DNA of 64,000 nucleotides from positions 3,782,001 to 3,846,000 of the forward strand of contig JAWMAR010000104.1 of the NCBI GenBank assembly GCA_036785375.1, read 5' to 3'. Below the pieces are notes generated by a model that was given only the letters and a program-made list of their open reading frames with translations, did not search any database and had not been told where the DNA came from. This stretch comes from Leucoraja ocellata. Its lineage: Eukaryota. The stretch's first letter is position 1; each line of letters opens with the position of its first letter. A program made the translations under genes and the position numbers. Shown in pieces: positions 38,348 to 51,112 of this stretch.

Positions 38348-40801
38348 CTCCGGAACACTGTGTTTTACAGAATTCGTCATTGCAATTTTTTCTCTTCCCA
38401 TAGATTCGCTCAGCGGAATGTTCTTGTCTGTTGAGGGTCTGCACATTTGGGGGACGATGAACTCTCTCTTGGTTGACTGTAACGTAGAACACGACTCGTA
38501 GCGAAAACTTTGGGAAAGGGGATCGCCCCCAAATACCTCAACATAATTTGGTGGTATCTGAAGACTTCTACTGGCTTTCTGGATCCCATTAAGAGAATTC
38601 CTTGATTCAAGGCAGCAACAGATACCCAGGGGACATTCGTGGTATACCATACCATTCCTGTTCTTGTGAACGTTAACAGCGAGGATGACTAAAATAATGA
38701 GGAAAATGACAGATATTATTCCCAAAGCGATAACCAAGGAAAAGCTCAGTTCAGGGATGAAACTTGGATCTAAAGACGGACTGTTGACACTGGAGAACGT
38801 TTCAATGTCAGTCCCAATCACAGATAATACTATAGTCACAGTGGCAGAGAGTGAGGGAATTCCATTATCTTTTACCACAATCACCAACCTTTGCTGAGAC
38901 GCATCCTTGTTCAAAATTGGACGTATAGTCCAAACCTCACCCGTGTCTGCGGAAATGGTGAAAAGATTGTGATGAGTAGCCTGAAAAATCTGATAAGAGA
39001 GATGAGCATTCTGACCAGAATCTGCATCCGTGGCTGAAACTTTGACAACCAAGTATCCTGGTTCTGCAAATCTGGATATTGTTTCTATCGCTGTTGAACC
39101 ATATTCTGGTGAAGGATGTAAAATCACTGGAGCATTGTCATTCTGATCAAGGATAACTACGTTCACTGAAGCATTACTCGTCAGCGCACCAGAGTCCTGC
39201 ACTTGAACCTGTATCTGAAAGCCTTTCAATTGTTCATAGTCAAACGTTCCCCGAGCATATATGACACCACTCTCGGAATTAATTGAGACATAAGAGGCTA
39301 TTGAAGAATTCTGAATCTCTGACTCCAGGATAGAGAAGATCAGTCGGGCATTTTCTTCTACATCTGGATCGAAGGCCGTCACAGAAAATATAGAAGCCCC
39401 AATAACATTGTTTTCCTGCACATTTGCTGTGTACACCGGTCGAGAAAACCTTGGCAAATTGTCATTTACATCTGAAACCTCTACCCGGATGGTTTTCTGC
39501 GAGGTAAGAGACGGGTGGCCCGCATCCTTGCATATTATAGTGATATCGTACTTGGGGGCAGTCTCCCGGTCCAATGGATGTTGTATAATAATGCTGTAAT
39601 AGTTCTTGATAGATGAATCCAGCTTAAAGGGGAGTTCATTTGAAATTTGGCATTGCACCTCGCCGTTCTGTCCCGAATCGTGGTCTTCTGCACTGAACAG
39701 TGCCACTACAGTCCCAAGTGGAGCGTCTTCCGACACTGTCTTTGATAAAGACCGTAACGTAATCTCCGGCGCGTTATCGTTCACATCGACAATTTCGACC
39801 AATACGTGACAATACACGGGGATAGCGCCGGAACCCTTATCCATCGCCTGCATGCTAACCTCAAACACATTGCTTTTCTCATAATCCAAAATCCCTTTGA
39901 GTCTGATTTCACCAGTTTTGGAATTCACATCCACAAGTCTGCGGGCAACAGCGGAAACATGGCTACCAAAAGAATACACTATCTCTCCATTGAGGCCATC
40001 GTCCGGGTCAGTGGCGTTCAACGTAAGGATTAGGGTCCCTGGCGGTGCAGACTCCAACAGGCTGACTTTGTAATGCGACTGAGAGAAAGCAGGCGCGTTG
40101 TCATTAATATCCTTCACTGTGATTATAATCTGAACGGTTGCAGATCTCGAAGGCAAACCGCCGTCCTTAGCTGTTAACAATAAACGATGTACTGACGTTA
40201 TTTCTCGGTCCAAAGGCTTCTCTAGCAACAGTACCGGCCACTTGTCCTTCCCGCTGCCCATTTGTACATCGAGAGTAAAATATTCATTTGGTTGGAGCTG
40301 GTAGGTTTGCAAAGAGTTCGTGCCAATATCGGGATCGTGTGCGGGTTCAAGAGGAAATCGCATCCCCGGTGCTGTAAATTCTGGAATTTCAAAGCGAAAC
40401 TGGCTTTTAGGGAAACTGGGGGCATTGTCATTTACATCGAGAATCTCCACTTCCACTTGGTACAGGCTCAAGGGGTTTTCAATCACAACATCCAAGGGTA
40501 AACGGCAGTCGGATCTCGACCCACAAAGCAGTTCTCTGTCGATTATTTCCTTCACAAATAAAATACCACTTGTCAAATTTACGTCGAAATATTGCTTCCT
40601 TGGACTGGGCGATACCCCGAAACTGCGAGCCGCCAGCTGCTTTACATCTAAACCTAAATCGACAGCGATTTTCCCAACAAAGGCTCCATGTTGCAGTTCT
40701 TCAGGAACAGAATAACGAATTTGCCCGTACGCAAAATTCCACGGGGCAAACACACAGAACATCAATTGGCATTTTATCAACCAATATAATTTATATCTCA
40801 T
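38348..40801 (-). CDS. Clustered protocadherin variable exon V6 (type B), 818 codons; read-through ORF ends at 38333
   Basis: Full architecture; donor GAG|GTGAGA at 38347-38342; closest to V8. Confidence 0.96.
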
Positions 40802-40992
40802 TTCCAGTAGAAGTCATTCCAATGCTTTTAAAACCAGGCAGTATTATCTATTGTCCTTTCCAACGATAGGTCGGTGTTAAATAGAACCAAAACAACACAG
40901 AATACATCCGTACCTCTTGCGAATCTCTCCAATTATTTCATTCAATCGCTCGCAATCTCCTCCGCATTTGCGAGAGGATTCTTGCAACAATC

Positions 40993-41155
40993 CCACGGAG
41001 CTGCTCGCTATCCGGCTTTCACTGTGTCTGATTTTACGTGATGGCGGCCGCGTCTTGAAGGGGGCTGGCCAGATCACTAATCACACCTCGGCTCCTCATT
41101 GGTGCAGAAACTCATTGATATTCGACCAATCAGGATTCTGCTTGTTTCTTAAAGC
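40993..41155 (-). promoter_or_regulatory. Promoter module of V6 (diverged)
   Basis: GATGGCGGC, AAGGGGGCTG, AGATCAC, ATTGG 41098-41102, CCAAT 41126-41130, TTTCTTAAAGC retained. Confidence 0.75.
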
Positions 41156-42002
41156 TGGACGTGCTTAAAATAATGCAGAATATTGTTGTATTTATTGTTG
41201 CACAGATAAAATGTATTTCGGAATTGCAGATATTTATGTTGCCTTCTGGTGACTGTTTCAACGATCAGCGTATTGCGAAGCAACATTCTATTTATTACAT
41301 TCAAAGCCAAGTATGAAGAAAGGGGTTATGATGGGAAAAGATACATTTTAGGAATATCATCGGGCTACACGTTTCAATTCTAACAATTGTCCAGACACAT
41401 TATTCCTTTCTGAAATTACAACTACATTAGCTTGTAGAACTGGAAGTCAAAATTACCCCTTGTATTCAGGAATAAATTAACACTTAATTTTACAGAGAAT
41501 CTTAGTTTCGGAACGGAGCCTGATTCAGACGATGTACACAAATGAGCAAACCACACAAGTGAAAACGTGAAGGGCATGGGAAGTCTCGAAGACGCGGCAA
41601 AACTGCTGGGGAAACTCGGCTGGTTCGTCAGCATCTGTGGAAAATGAAATCTAACGCTATAAAGCAATTTGTTGGAGATATTAATAATCAAATTCATGCG
41701 GTTATTTGTAGAAAATCATTATTTTTTCTCGGTATATAGGCAAGTTTGTGTACCTCTCTCATTAGCATCCAAATCGCCATCAAGCGATTTCAGTTTTCAA
41801 TTTATAGCAAATAGAAATCAAATATTCGCGATAAAAGGGATGTTCCTTTACTTATTTATCAACATTAATTTTTTTGACGTTTTAATCATCCATCATATTT
41901 TTCATAAATCCAAATCCCTATGACCAAGCTTTCTTTGAAGGGAATTCAGGGAACAATGTGTATATTGCCGAAAATATTAATTTTCCTTCAAGAAGAGAGT
42001 AT

Positions 42003-42765
42003 TTCAAGTTCATGTTCAAGGTCACATTTATTGTCACTTGCACCGATTGGGACAGTGAAATTTTAGTTACCATACAGCCATATGAATACAAATAACAATA
42101 CACAATAGAATTTAACATAATCACCCACCACAGTGGAATCAACATTTCTCATTGTGATGGATGGCAATAAAGTTTAGTCACTCTTCCTCCTTTTGTTCAT
42201 CCGTGGTCGGGGCCTCGAACCCTCCTCAGTCGCCGCTATGGGCGGCCCGATGTACAGGCCCTCTCTCCGGGATGATCGGAACTCGACGTCGGGGCGGATC
42301 CGAACACAGTCTGCGGTTTGGGGTCCTCGAATCGGCCGCTTCTTACAGGAGACCGGGGCTTCCGAAGTACACAGGCCTCGCTGGACAGAGCTCCAACTCT
42401 GGCGATCCTCGGCAAAAGATCCCAGGCTTGGCGATGTTAAAGTCAGCGCCGCGCCCCGGGCTAGAAACTCGACAGACCACAGCTCCACGATGTTAAAGTC
42501 AGCAGGCCCAATACTCCGGAACTCCAACACTGGCAATGCTCGACAAGAATCCCTGGTTCCGCGATGGTAATTCCGCCCTGCGCCCGCTGCTGAAGCTCTA
42601 GGACGGTCTCCGGTAGAAAGGTCGCGCCAATCCAGTTGGTACGCCGCGAGGGGGGCGAAGATGCGACACGGAGAAAAGACGCATCTCCGTCCAGGTAAGT
42701 GACTGAAAAACGGTTTCCCCCTATTCCCCCACCACCACTCCCCACATAAGACATACTAAGAAACT
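42003..42765 (-). mobile_element. Unclassified GC/CpG-rich interspersed element
   Basis: TTCAAG-repeat tail shared with 7151 and 21489; sharp composition change; internal repeat CGATGTTAAAGTCAGC. Confidence 0.5.
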
Positions 42766-42809
42766 ATAATGTATGTTTTGGAATGCCTCAAGAGTGTCAC
42801 ATGAAAATA

Positions 42810-43960
42810 GCCCCACCTTGTTCACTGCCGACCAAGTTGCCATACTGGGTGATAACCGTCTGCCTGCAATTGGCACTTGGCACATGACATTCTAAATCCT
42901 TCCTAACCATATATATGTTCGCCTGTCTTTTAAAAGTCGTAATTGTAACCGCTTCTATAGCTTCATCTTCAAACTCATTTCAGATACGGACTGCCCTCTC
43001 TGTGAAAAAGATGCCTCGAATTCCCTTAAACATCTCTTTCCTATCACCTTAAGCCTCTGCCCCATCGTATCAGAATCCTTCGCCCTGTGAAAATGACTTT
43101 GAGCATTCACTTGATCCATGACTCTTATGATCTTGTTCAATTCAGTCACCATTCAGCCTTATATGGTCCACGGAAACAAAGTGACAGCCAATGCAACCCC
43201 GCCTTGTAACTGTGTAGAAAGAAACTGCAGTTGCTGGTTTTCACCAAAGATAGAGACAAAAGTTCTCGACGCGAAAGGCCACCCATGGCTTTTCTCCAGA
43301 GATGTTGCCTGACCCGCTGAGTCACATACTATAACTCACGTGCAAAAGACCAGGCAATGTACTGGTAAATTTCCCGTGTACCCTTTCCAAACTAAGGCCA
43401 GGGTGCTACAGATGGGCGATCAGAGCTGTACATAGTAGTCCAACTGTGGTCTCAGCAAGGACTTGTACAGTTGCATCATCATGTCCCAACATCTAAAATG
43501 CAATGCCCTTCCCAGAGAAGGCAAGTGTGTGAAAATCTTCTTCACTACGCCGTCTGTCTGACTTGCCACTCTTCGGGAACCGTGCACTTGTACTCAGTTT
43601 TCTCTGTTATGTAACACGCTCCGGGGTTTTAACATTTACTGTGCAAGTCCTCCCTGGTTTAACAAACCAAAGTGCAGCACCTCACACTAGGCTGTATTAA
43701 CTTCGACTTGCCATTCTTAACCCACAGCCTAAATGGTCCAGGGAGCTGTTGTGTATATGGAAATCCTTCCTCACTCTTTGCTCTACCGCCACTTTTGGTT
43801 TCATCTGTAAACTTATTAATATTGTAAAGTCCATTTCCTTCCAAATCGCGGTTGTAGACCAGCAACAATGCAACAGTGGACACTGCAACGACCCCTTCTG
43901 CACACCACGGACGAATGCCTCCATACATTAAAAACAGCCTACACAATTACCCTTTGACAT
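42810..43960 (-). mobile_element. Old degraded CR1-like relic with a nested short repeat
   Basis: Degenerate INKFTDETK (cf. ISKFADDTK) and MVTELNKIIRVMDQV (cf. DLIEVFKIMRGIDRV) in minus-strand ORFs. Confidence 0.65.
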
Positions 43961-44227
43961 TCCAGGAAGCCAATCTTCAATACAACTGGATAGCCCGCCA
44001 ACCATTCCATCTGCCCTAACACTCCAGATTAGGCTACAATGCGGCTTCCTTATTGGACCTTGCGATCAGTCTGAAGGTCCCGACCAGAAACGTCACCCGC
44101 ACTTCTCAGAAATATTGCCTGGCCAACTGTATCACTCCAGCACTTTGTATCTATCTTAGGACTTCCAAAACACTTGGTTTACCCGGTATAACGGTATTAC
44201 CCGGGCAGACCATAAGCCGTTGATGAT

Positions 44228-44358
44228 ATAAAGATCATAAGATCATAAGCGATAGGAGAATAATTAGGCCAACTCCGCCATTCAATCATGGCTGATCTAA
44301 CTCTCTCCCCTAACCTCATTCTCTTGCCTTCTCCCCTGCACCTCGTACTAATCAAGAA
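44228..44358 (-). mobile_element. Short CR1-type 3' end fragment
   Basis: GATCATAA repeat tail then TTAGGCC...CCATTCAATCATGGCTGATC. Confidence 0.65.
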
Positions 44359-44533
44359 TAAACAACTAAATATACAAATACAATAAATAGGAATTATAAT
44401 TGTTAGGCATGCAAAGCGATATTTCACCAGTGTTATTAACTCCGGCCTTGTAATTACAATGCGCTGACTATCCCCAAATAATATATAATATGATATTATA
44501 GGTCGATTACGCTTGGCTTTAGAAGCACCTCAC

Positions 44534-46993
44534 CTCATAATTTGCACTGCAGTTTAATGCTTCAGACTGTATCATTCCCGGATTCTCTTTCCCAGTAGCA
44601 TGCTTCTGTACATAAGGCATTGCATTCGATGGTTGGTATGCTTGAGGTGTGATGTTTCTTTTCACGGACTGCAACGTTGAACACGATTCGTAACGGAAAC
44701 TCTGAGAAAGGGGATCACCTCCGAATACTTCGACATAGTTTGGTGGTATCTGCAGGCTCCTACTCGCCTTTTGAATTCCATTCAGGGAACTGCTTGATTC
44801 CATACAGCAGCAGACGTTCAGCGAACCGTGCTGGCGCCCCACACCATTTCTGTTTTTATGAACCTTAATGGCAAGGATAATTAAAATCACGAGGAAAATT
44901 ATAGATGTTGTCCCTAAGGCTATGACCAAGTAAAGGTTTAGATCAGGAGGGGAGTCACCATATTCAGACGAACTGGTGGCACTTGACAATGTCTCACTCC
45001 CTTTCACAGATAGTACTACAGTGAGAGTAGCAGAGAGAGATGGCGTTCCATTGTCCGTTACCACAATCACAATCGTTTGCTTGGAGGCATCCCTGATGCC
45101 AATACCACGGATAGTCCAAATTTCTCCCGTGTCTGGTGAAATAGTAAACAGGTTTTGATGAGTAGCCTGAAAAATCTGATAATACAAATGTGCGTTTTCA
45201 CCTGCGTCCGCGTCAGTAGCTGATACCTTGACAACTAGGTATCCAGGTTCTGCAAACCTGGATATTGTCTCCATTGCTGTTGACCCATATTCGGGCAAAG
45301 GACTCACTATGACTGGAGCGTTGTCGTTCTGATCAAGGATAACAAAATCTACAGTAGTGTTAGTGGTGAGTGATGGGACTCCAGAATCCTGCACCCGAAA
45401 GTATATTTTGAATGTTTTTAATTTCTCGTAGTCGAAGGATTTCTGAGCAAATATGACACCGCTCTGTGAATTGATGGAGACGTACGATGCAATGGAGAAG
45501 CCCTGAACTTGAGAGGGCAGGGTAGAATAGTTGAGCCGGGCATTCTGTCCTAAATCTGGATCAAAAGCAGCCAATGTGAATATGGAAGCCCCGATGACGT
45601 TGTTCTCCATGACATGAGCGGTGTGAACCGTCTGAGCAAACATCGGTGCGTTATCATTTACATCGGAAATCTCTACACGAATCGTTTCCGTAGATATTAG
45701 ACTGGGGTGCCCAAGGTCCGTGCAAGTTATGGTAATGTCATACCTGGAGGTAGTTTCTCGATCCAGCTTATGGTCTAGAAGCAATCTACTAAAATGTTCC
45801 ATAGACGAATCCAGTTTAAACGTAAATTTACTTGATATTTGACATTGTACTTGCCCATTTTCTCCAGAATCTTTGTCTTCTACGCTGAGTAGGGCCACTA
45901 TTGTCCCAATCGTGGCATCTTCTGGTATGGTACTTAACGTGGATGTTATCGACATATCAGGAGCGTTGTCATTCACATCGATAACATCCACCAACACGTC
46001 ACAGTGCTGGGGCAGTGCGTGAAGGCCATTGTCGATTGCTTGTACATTAATCTCAAAAAATGTGCTTTGTTCATAGTCCAATTGTACTTTCAGTCTGAGA
46101 TCGCCTGTTTTAGAATCGATGCTGAATATTTCAGGAACATTTTCAGAATTGTAGCGACTGATCGAGTAGGTTATTTCTCCATTGGCACCGTCGTCCAAGT
46201 CAGTGGCGTTTAATGTAATAACCAGGGATCCTAAGGGAGCCGATTCCAACAAAGCCACCTTGTAAACCGACTGCGTGAAAACAGGAGCATTGTCGTTTGC
46301 ATCCTGCACTGTGATCGTGACCCGGACCTTACCCGATCTCACAGGGACTCCCCCGTCTTCAGCAAACAGCGTTAACTCGTGGGTTGATACTGTTTCTCTA
46401 TCCAAAGGCCTCTGCAGCACCAACACCGGCATCTTTACTTTCCCACTGTGTGTCTGCACGTCAATAGTGAAATATTCATTGTGGATGAGCTGGTACGTCT
46501 GCAAGGAGTTCGTCCCAATATCGGGGTCGTGCGCGGCTTCCAGGGGGAATCGCGCCCCTGGTGCCATACCCTCGGAGATTTCAAGTCGGATCAGGCTTTT
46601 GGGGAAACTGGGAGAGTTGTCATTTACATCGAGTATCTCCACTTCCACCTGGTGAAGACTGAGGGGATTTTCAAGCACGACGTTCAAGGGTAAAATGCAA
46701 TCGGTGCTCGGCCCACAAAGTTGCTCCCTGTCTATTCTTTCATCCACAAATAAAATCCCTTTTGCCAAATTTACGTCAACATACCGCTTCCTCGGGCTGG
46801 GCGCCACCCGCAAACTGCGAGCCGAGAGCTGCTTTAAATCTAAGCCCAAATCAATTGCGATATTCCCAACAAAGGCACCCAGCTGCAATTCCTCGGGAAC
46901 AGAATAACGAATCTGCCCAGAAACACGATTCCAGAGCGAGAACAAACAGCAAAACACTTTGAATTTCAGCAGGCAGTATATGTTAAATCTCAT
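44534..46993 (-). CDS. Clustered protocadherin variable exon V7 (A-like EC1, long EC5 loop), 820 codons; read-through ORF ends at 44519
   Basis: Full architecture; donor GAG|GTGAGG at 44533-44528. Confidence 0.96.
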
Positions 46994-47173
46994 TTCCAGG
47001 ATAAGTCATTCCAATGGTTTGAACCCGAGACAATGCCTTTCAACAGCGATTTGTTTAAAATGGAAAAATCACAGGCAGAATATATCGGTACCTTCTTGCG
47101 AATTGTTCCAATACTTTCACTTATGTTTCAATTTTTCATATTCTCTCCAATTCGAAAGGAATCGTGCAGAAAT

Positions 47174-47340
47174 CGTCCGAAGCTGCTGGTTATCCGGTTT
47201 TCACGGCGTCTGAATGTAAATGATGGCGGCTGCGTATTGAAGGGGGCGATGCAGATCACCAGTCGCATTCCTGCTCCTGATTGGTCTACAACCAACAGTC
47301 ATAACTGGCCAATTAGAGAGGAGTTCGTTTTCTTAAAGCA
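47174..47340 (-). promoter_or_regulatory. Promoter module of V7
   Basis: GATGGCGGC, AAGGGGGCG, ATTGG 47280-47284, CCAAT 47309-47313, TTCTTAAAGC. Confidence 0.75.
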
Positions 47341-47929
47341 AAAACTACATAATTTGGCTCAGAGTTTTCTTTTTTTTTGCTGCACAATCAAATTTATTTT
47401 CAGCCGTTTAGATCCTTCAGAATATTGCAAAATGTGTAGCAGTGGGAGCATATTTTGAAGACCAACCGTACTAAACATCTTACATGATAAAATATGTAGA
47501 AACCATTTTGAGAATCAGGGTGAAATTAAAGAAAGTAATTGAGCATGTTAACAATTCAATTATTTCTATCCTTCACATCTGTTGATTACATCATAATTTT
47601 ATAATCTTGATCACCGAATTATTATCGTTGCCATATTGTTGCTGTGTTTCCGATCAGCAAATAAATCAATTGCATCATCAAATGGTGGTCGGGTTTCTGT
47701 ATCAAGCTCACAATATTCCGTCCTTCGTTATACTCAAAGTAAGTTATTTTCAGCTCTGAAGATTGATTAATAGCGGGTATTCTCCTCAATATACCTCGTG
47801 AATTAACTTTTTGTTCTTGCCTTTTCTAATGCAAAAAAAACCAAAACGTAAGTGCCCCGGCTTCCTCTAAAATCAGCATGACTGCGAATTCCCCAAGTTT
47901 TCTTTTGAGATTAAAGCATATTAAAACAC

Positions 47930-50560
47930 GAGTAGAGCACAGCACAGGAGCAGGACGTTCGAATCACGAAGCCAGTTCATTTGGCGCACTAAGACTGCGC
48001 CGGTCATGACGTATATTATATTCATCCCATCTGCTTGCAAATGTTGCATAACAAAGTATTCCCTGTATATTTATGCGACTTCCTCTTAAATGCTCTCTTT
48101 GTATCTCCATCTACCACCACTTCAGTCAGCGCAATTTAGGCACCTACCGTTCTCGGTGAAGCACTGACCCCTCGATATTCTTTAATATTCTTCCTTCAAC
48201 CTTAATCATATGCCTTTAAGTATTTGGCAATTCTGACCTGAGGAATAATACTCAATCCTCGCTATTTGTATCTCACGTCAGTTTAGACACTCTTATCGGT
48301 TCACCCCTAAACCTCTGATGCTCTACAAACATAATCAATTCATATCTGTCTAAGCTAACTTTACAGCAAATAAACTCAATCTAGGCAACATCCTGGTGAA
48401 TAACTTCTATACTCCTTCCAAAGCCTCCACGTCATTTCATTGGCATGGCAATCACAAGTACAGCAATATTCCTGAAGTGGTCTGACGAAAGTAATATCTA
48501 GCTGCAAAGTGACTTCATTTTTAAAAATAAATTCAATGCGTGGAATGATGAAGGTAAGCATGCCATGGATCTCTATTCTAAACATCTCTGTGTACTTCAA
48601 TTGCCAGTGTCAGGAATCTATGGACATAGAAAATAGGTGCAGGAGGAGGCCATTCGACCCTTCGAGACAGCACCGCCATTCATTGTGATCATGACTAATC
48701 GTCCCCTATCAATAACCCGTGCCTGTCTCCTCCCCATATCCCTTGACTCCACTAGTGCCTAGCGCTCTATCTAACCCTCTCTTAAATGCATCCTGTGATT
48801 TGGCCTCCACTGCCCTGTGCGTCAGGGAATTCCATGAATTCACAATTCTCTGGGTGAAAATGTTTCTCCTCACCTCAGTCTTAAATGACATCCCCTTTAT
48901 TCTAAGACTGTGGCCCCTGCTTCTGGACTCGCCCAACATTGGGAACATATTTCCTGCATCTAGCTTGTCCAGTCCTTTTATAATTTTATATGTTTCTATA
49001 AGAATTCCCCTCATCCTTCTAAACTCCAGTGAATACAAGCCTAGTCTTTTCAATCCTTCCTCATTTGACAGTCCCGCCACCCCAGGGATCAATCTCGTGA
49101 ACCTACGCTGCACTGCCTCAATCACAATGATGTCCTTCCTCAAATTATGAGACCAAAACTGTACACAATACTCCAGATGTGGTCTCACAGGAGCCCTATA
49201 CAACTGCAGAAGAACCTCTTTACTCCAATACTGAAATCCTTTTGGTATGAAGGCCAACATTGCATTACCTTTCTTCACTGCCTGCTGTACATGTAAGCCA
49301 GCTTACAGTGACCGATGTATAAGGACACCCAGGTCTCGCTGCACCTCCCCCTTACCTAACCTAACCCCATTGTGATAATAATCTGCCCCCTTGTTTTTGC
49401 CGCCAAAGTGGATAACGTCACTTTTATCTATATTATACTTCATCTGCCACGCATCTGCCCACTCACTGAACCTGTCCGGGTCACCCTGCAACCTCCTAAC
49501 ATCCTCTTCACAGTTCACACTGCCACCCAGCGTTGTGTCATCCGCAAACTTGCTAGTGTTGCTCCTAATTCCCTTCCAAAGCAATATATATGGTACACAG
49601 TAGCGCCCACAACACTGAGCCTTGCGCCACTCCACTCACCACTGCCTGCCATTCTGAAAAGGACCCGTTCACTTCTACTTTTTGCTTCCGGTCTGTCAAC
49701 CAATTTTCTATCCATGTCAATATCCTACCCCCAATACCATGTGCTCTAATTTTAGTTTCCAGTCTTCCGTGCGGGACCTTATCAAAGGCTTTCTGAAAGT
49801 CTAGATTAGTGAAGCATGATTTTTCTTTCATAAATCCATGTTGACTTGAACTAATCATTTTACTGCTACCCAAATGCCCCATTATTACCTCTTTAATAAT
49901 TGACTCCAGCATCTGGCGCACCCGCGTTCCGTTTGTACATACATACACCAAAGGGTTCTGCTATAAGGCGTACAATCACCTGTTGCACTTGACCTCCCAA
50001 ACGCAGAAATAGCACAGTTGTCCAGTTTAAACTCCATTCCCCATTTCTCCAGCCAAAAATTGCGACTGATCTATATCCCGCTGACGGTCTTGCTAGGCTA
50101 CTACAAACAATCTCTGCTTAACTTATTTTTTTTTCTAATCAGACACCGTATACTTCCAACCACGTTTTATTATACTTACTACGATCAATACTCTTCCCAG
50201 CATCGATAGACGCAGAGCAGCATTTGGTCACAGGAAAACACCCTCCCACTACCGTTTACCTTTCCAAAAACAAGATAATGTTGGACGGATTGAACGACTC
50301 ATTCTGTATCCCTTGTGATTTAATCCTCTGGACCAGCCAACCATGAATAACTTAGTCGAATGATTTACCAAAGTCCACGTAGATAACCTCCCCTGCCTTG
50401 CCCTCATCAATCATATTCGCACTTTCTTAAAAATATATAATGTGTGAAGCTGTGCCTATCCTGCACAAAATTAGGTTGACTATCCTAATACGTCCACCTT
50501 CTGCCAAATGTGAGTATGTCCTGCCCAGAAGAATATTATCCAATAATTTCCCCAGGTCTG
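47930..50560 (-). mobile_element. Old CR1-like relic interrupted by the younger CR1 at 48623-49914
   Basis: Degenerate EVTLQLDITFVRPLQEYC in 48376-48600; RT-like remnants continue after 49914. Confidence 0.55.
48623..49914 (-). mobile_element. CR1-clade LINE 3' half with internal deletions
   Basis: QHGFMKEKSCFTN, DFQKAFDKVPH, SKFADDT, LYRAPVRPHLEYC, YSLEFRRMRG. Confidence 0.92.
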
Positions 50561-51112
50561 CTAGAGGGGAAACGAGCACACCAGTATTTAAATTGAACAC
50601 TTCTGTATTTTGCTTAATATAAATCTCCAACAACATTCAGAATGCACAACAATATTCAGTGCAAAACGTTCAAGTTATTAGCAGTGTATGTGATTCCTTA
50701 AATGTTCATCGAGTTCACCCCCAAAATGACCCGAGTATCCAATCCAACAAAAATCTACGTCACATTTCCGAGACTTTAAAATATTCAGTTGTCGCTTCGC
50801 TACCACAGAGTCCAAATTCTGGGACGAGACATTAAGGTGCGAATACCCTTACATCAAATATAATGGAAGTTCAATAAAATTATTCACTACCATCCCAGAG
50901 ACCCGAACGCATTGCTAACTTGAACATATAATATTTTTATGTCTTGTTACTGTGCTATAAAGCAATCAAACAGATACACAGTGGGTGATTAGAACAAAAA
51001 AAGAAAATATGATTTATATGCAATTAATTTGATGTATTGCTAGTTTATCAAAATACCTGTGTCTCCAAAGAAAACCTATGAGGACTTACCTCTTGATTTA
51101 TCGTCAACTTAC

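Noticed and set aside
42161-42754. Overlapping ORFs and CpG-island-like segment as a gene or promoter
   Set aside because: Explained by GC richness of an interspersed element whose tail recurs elsewhere in the window
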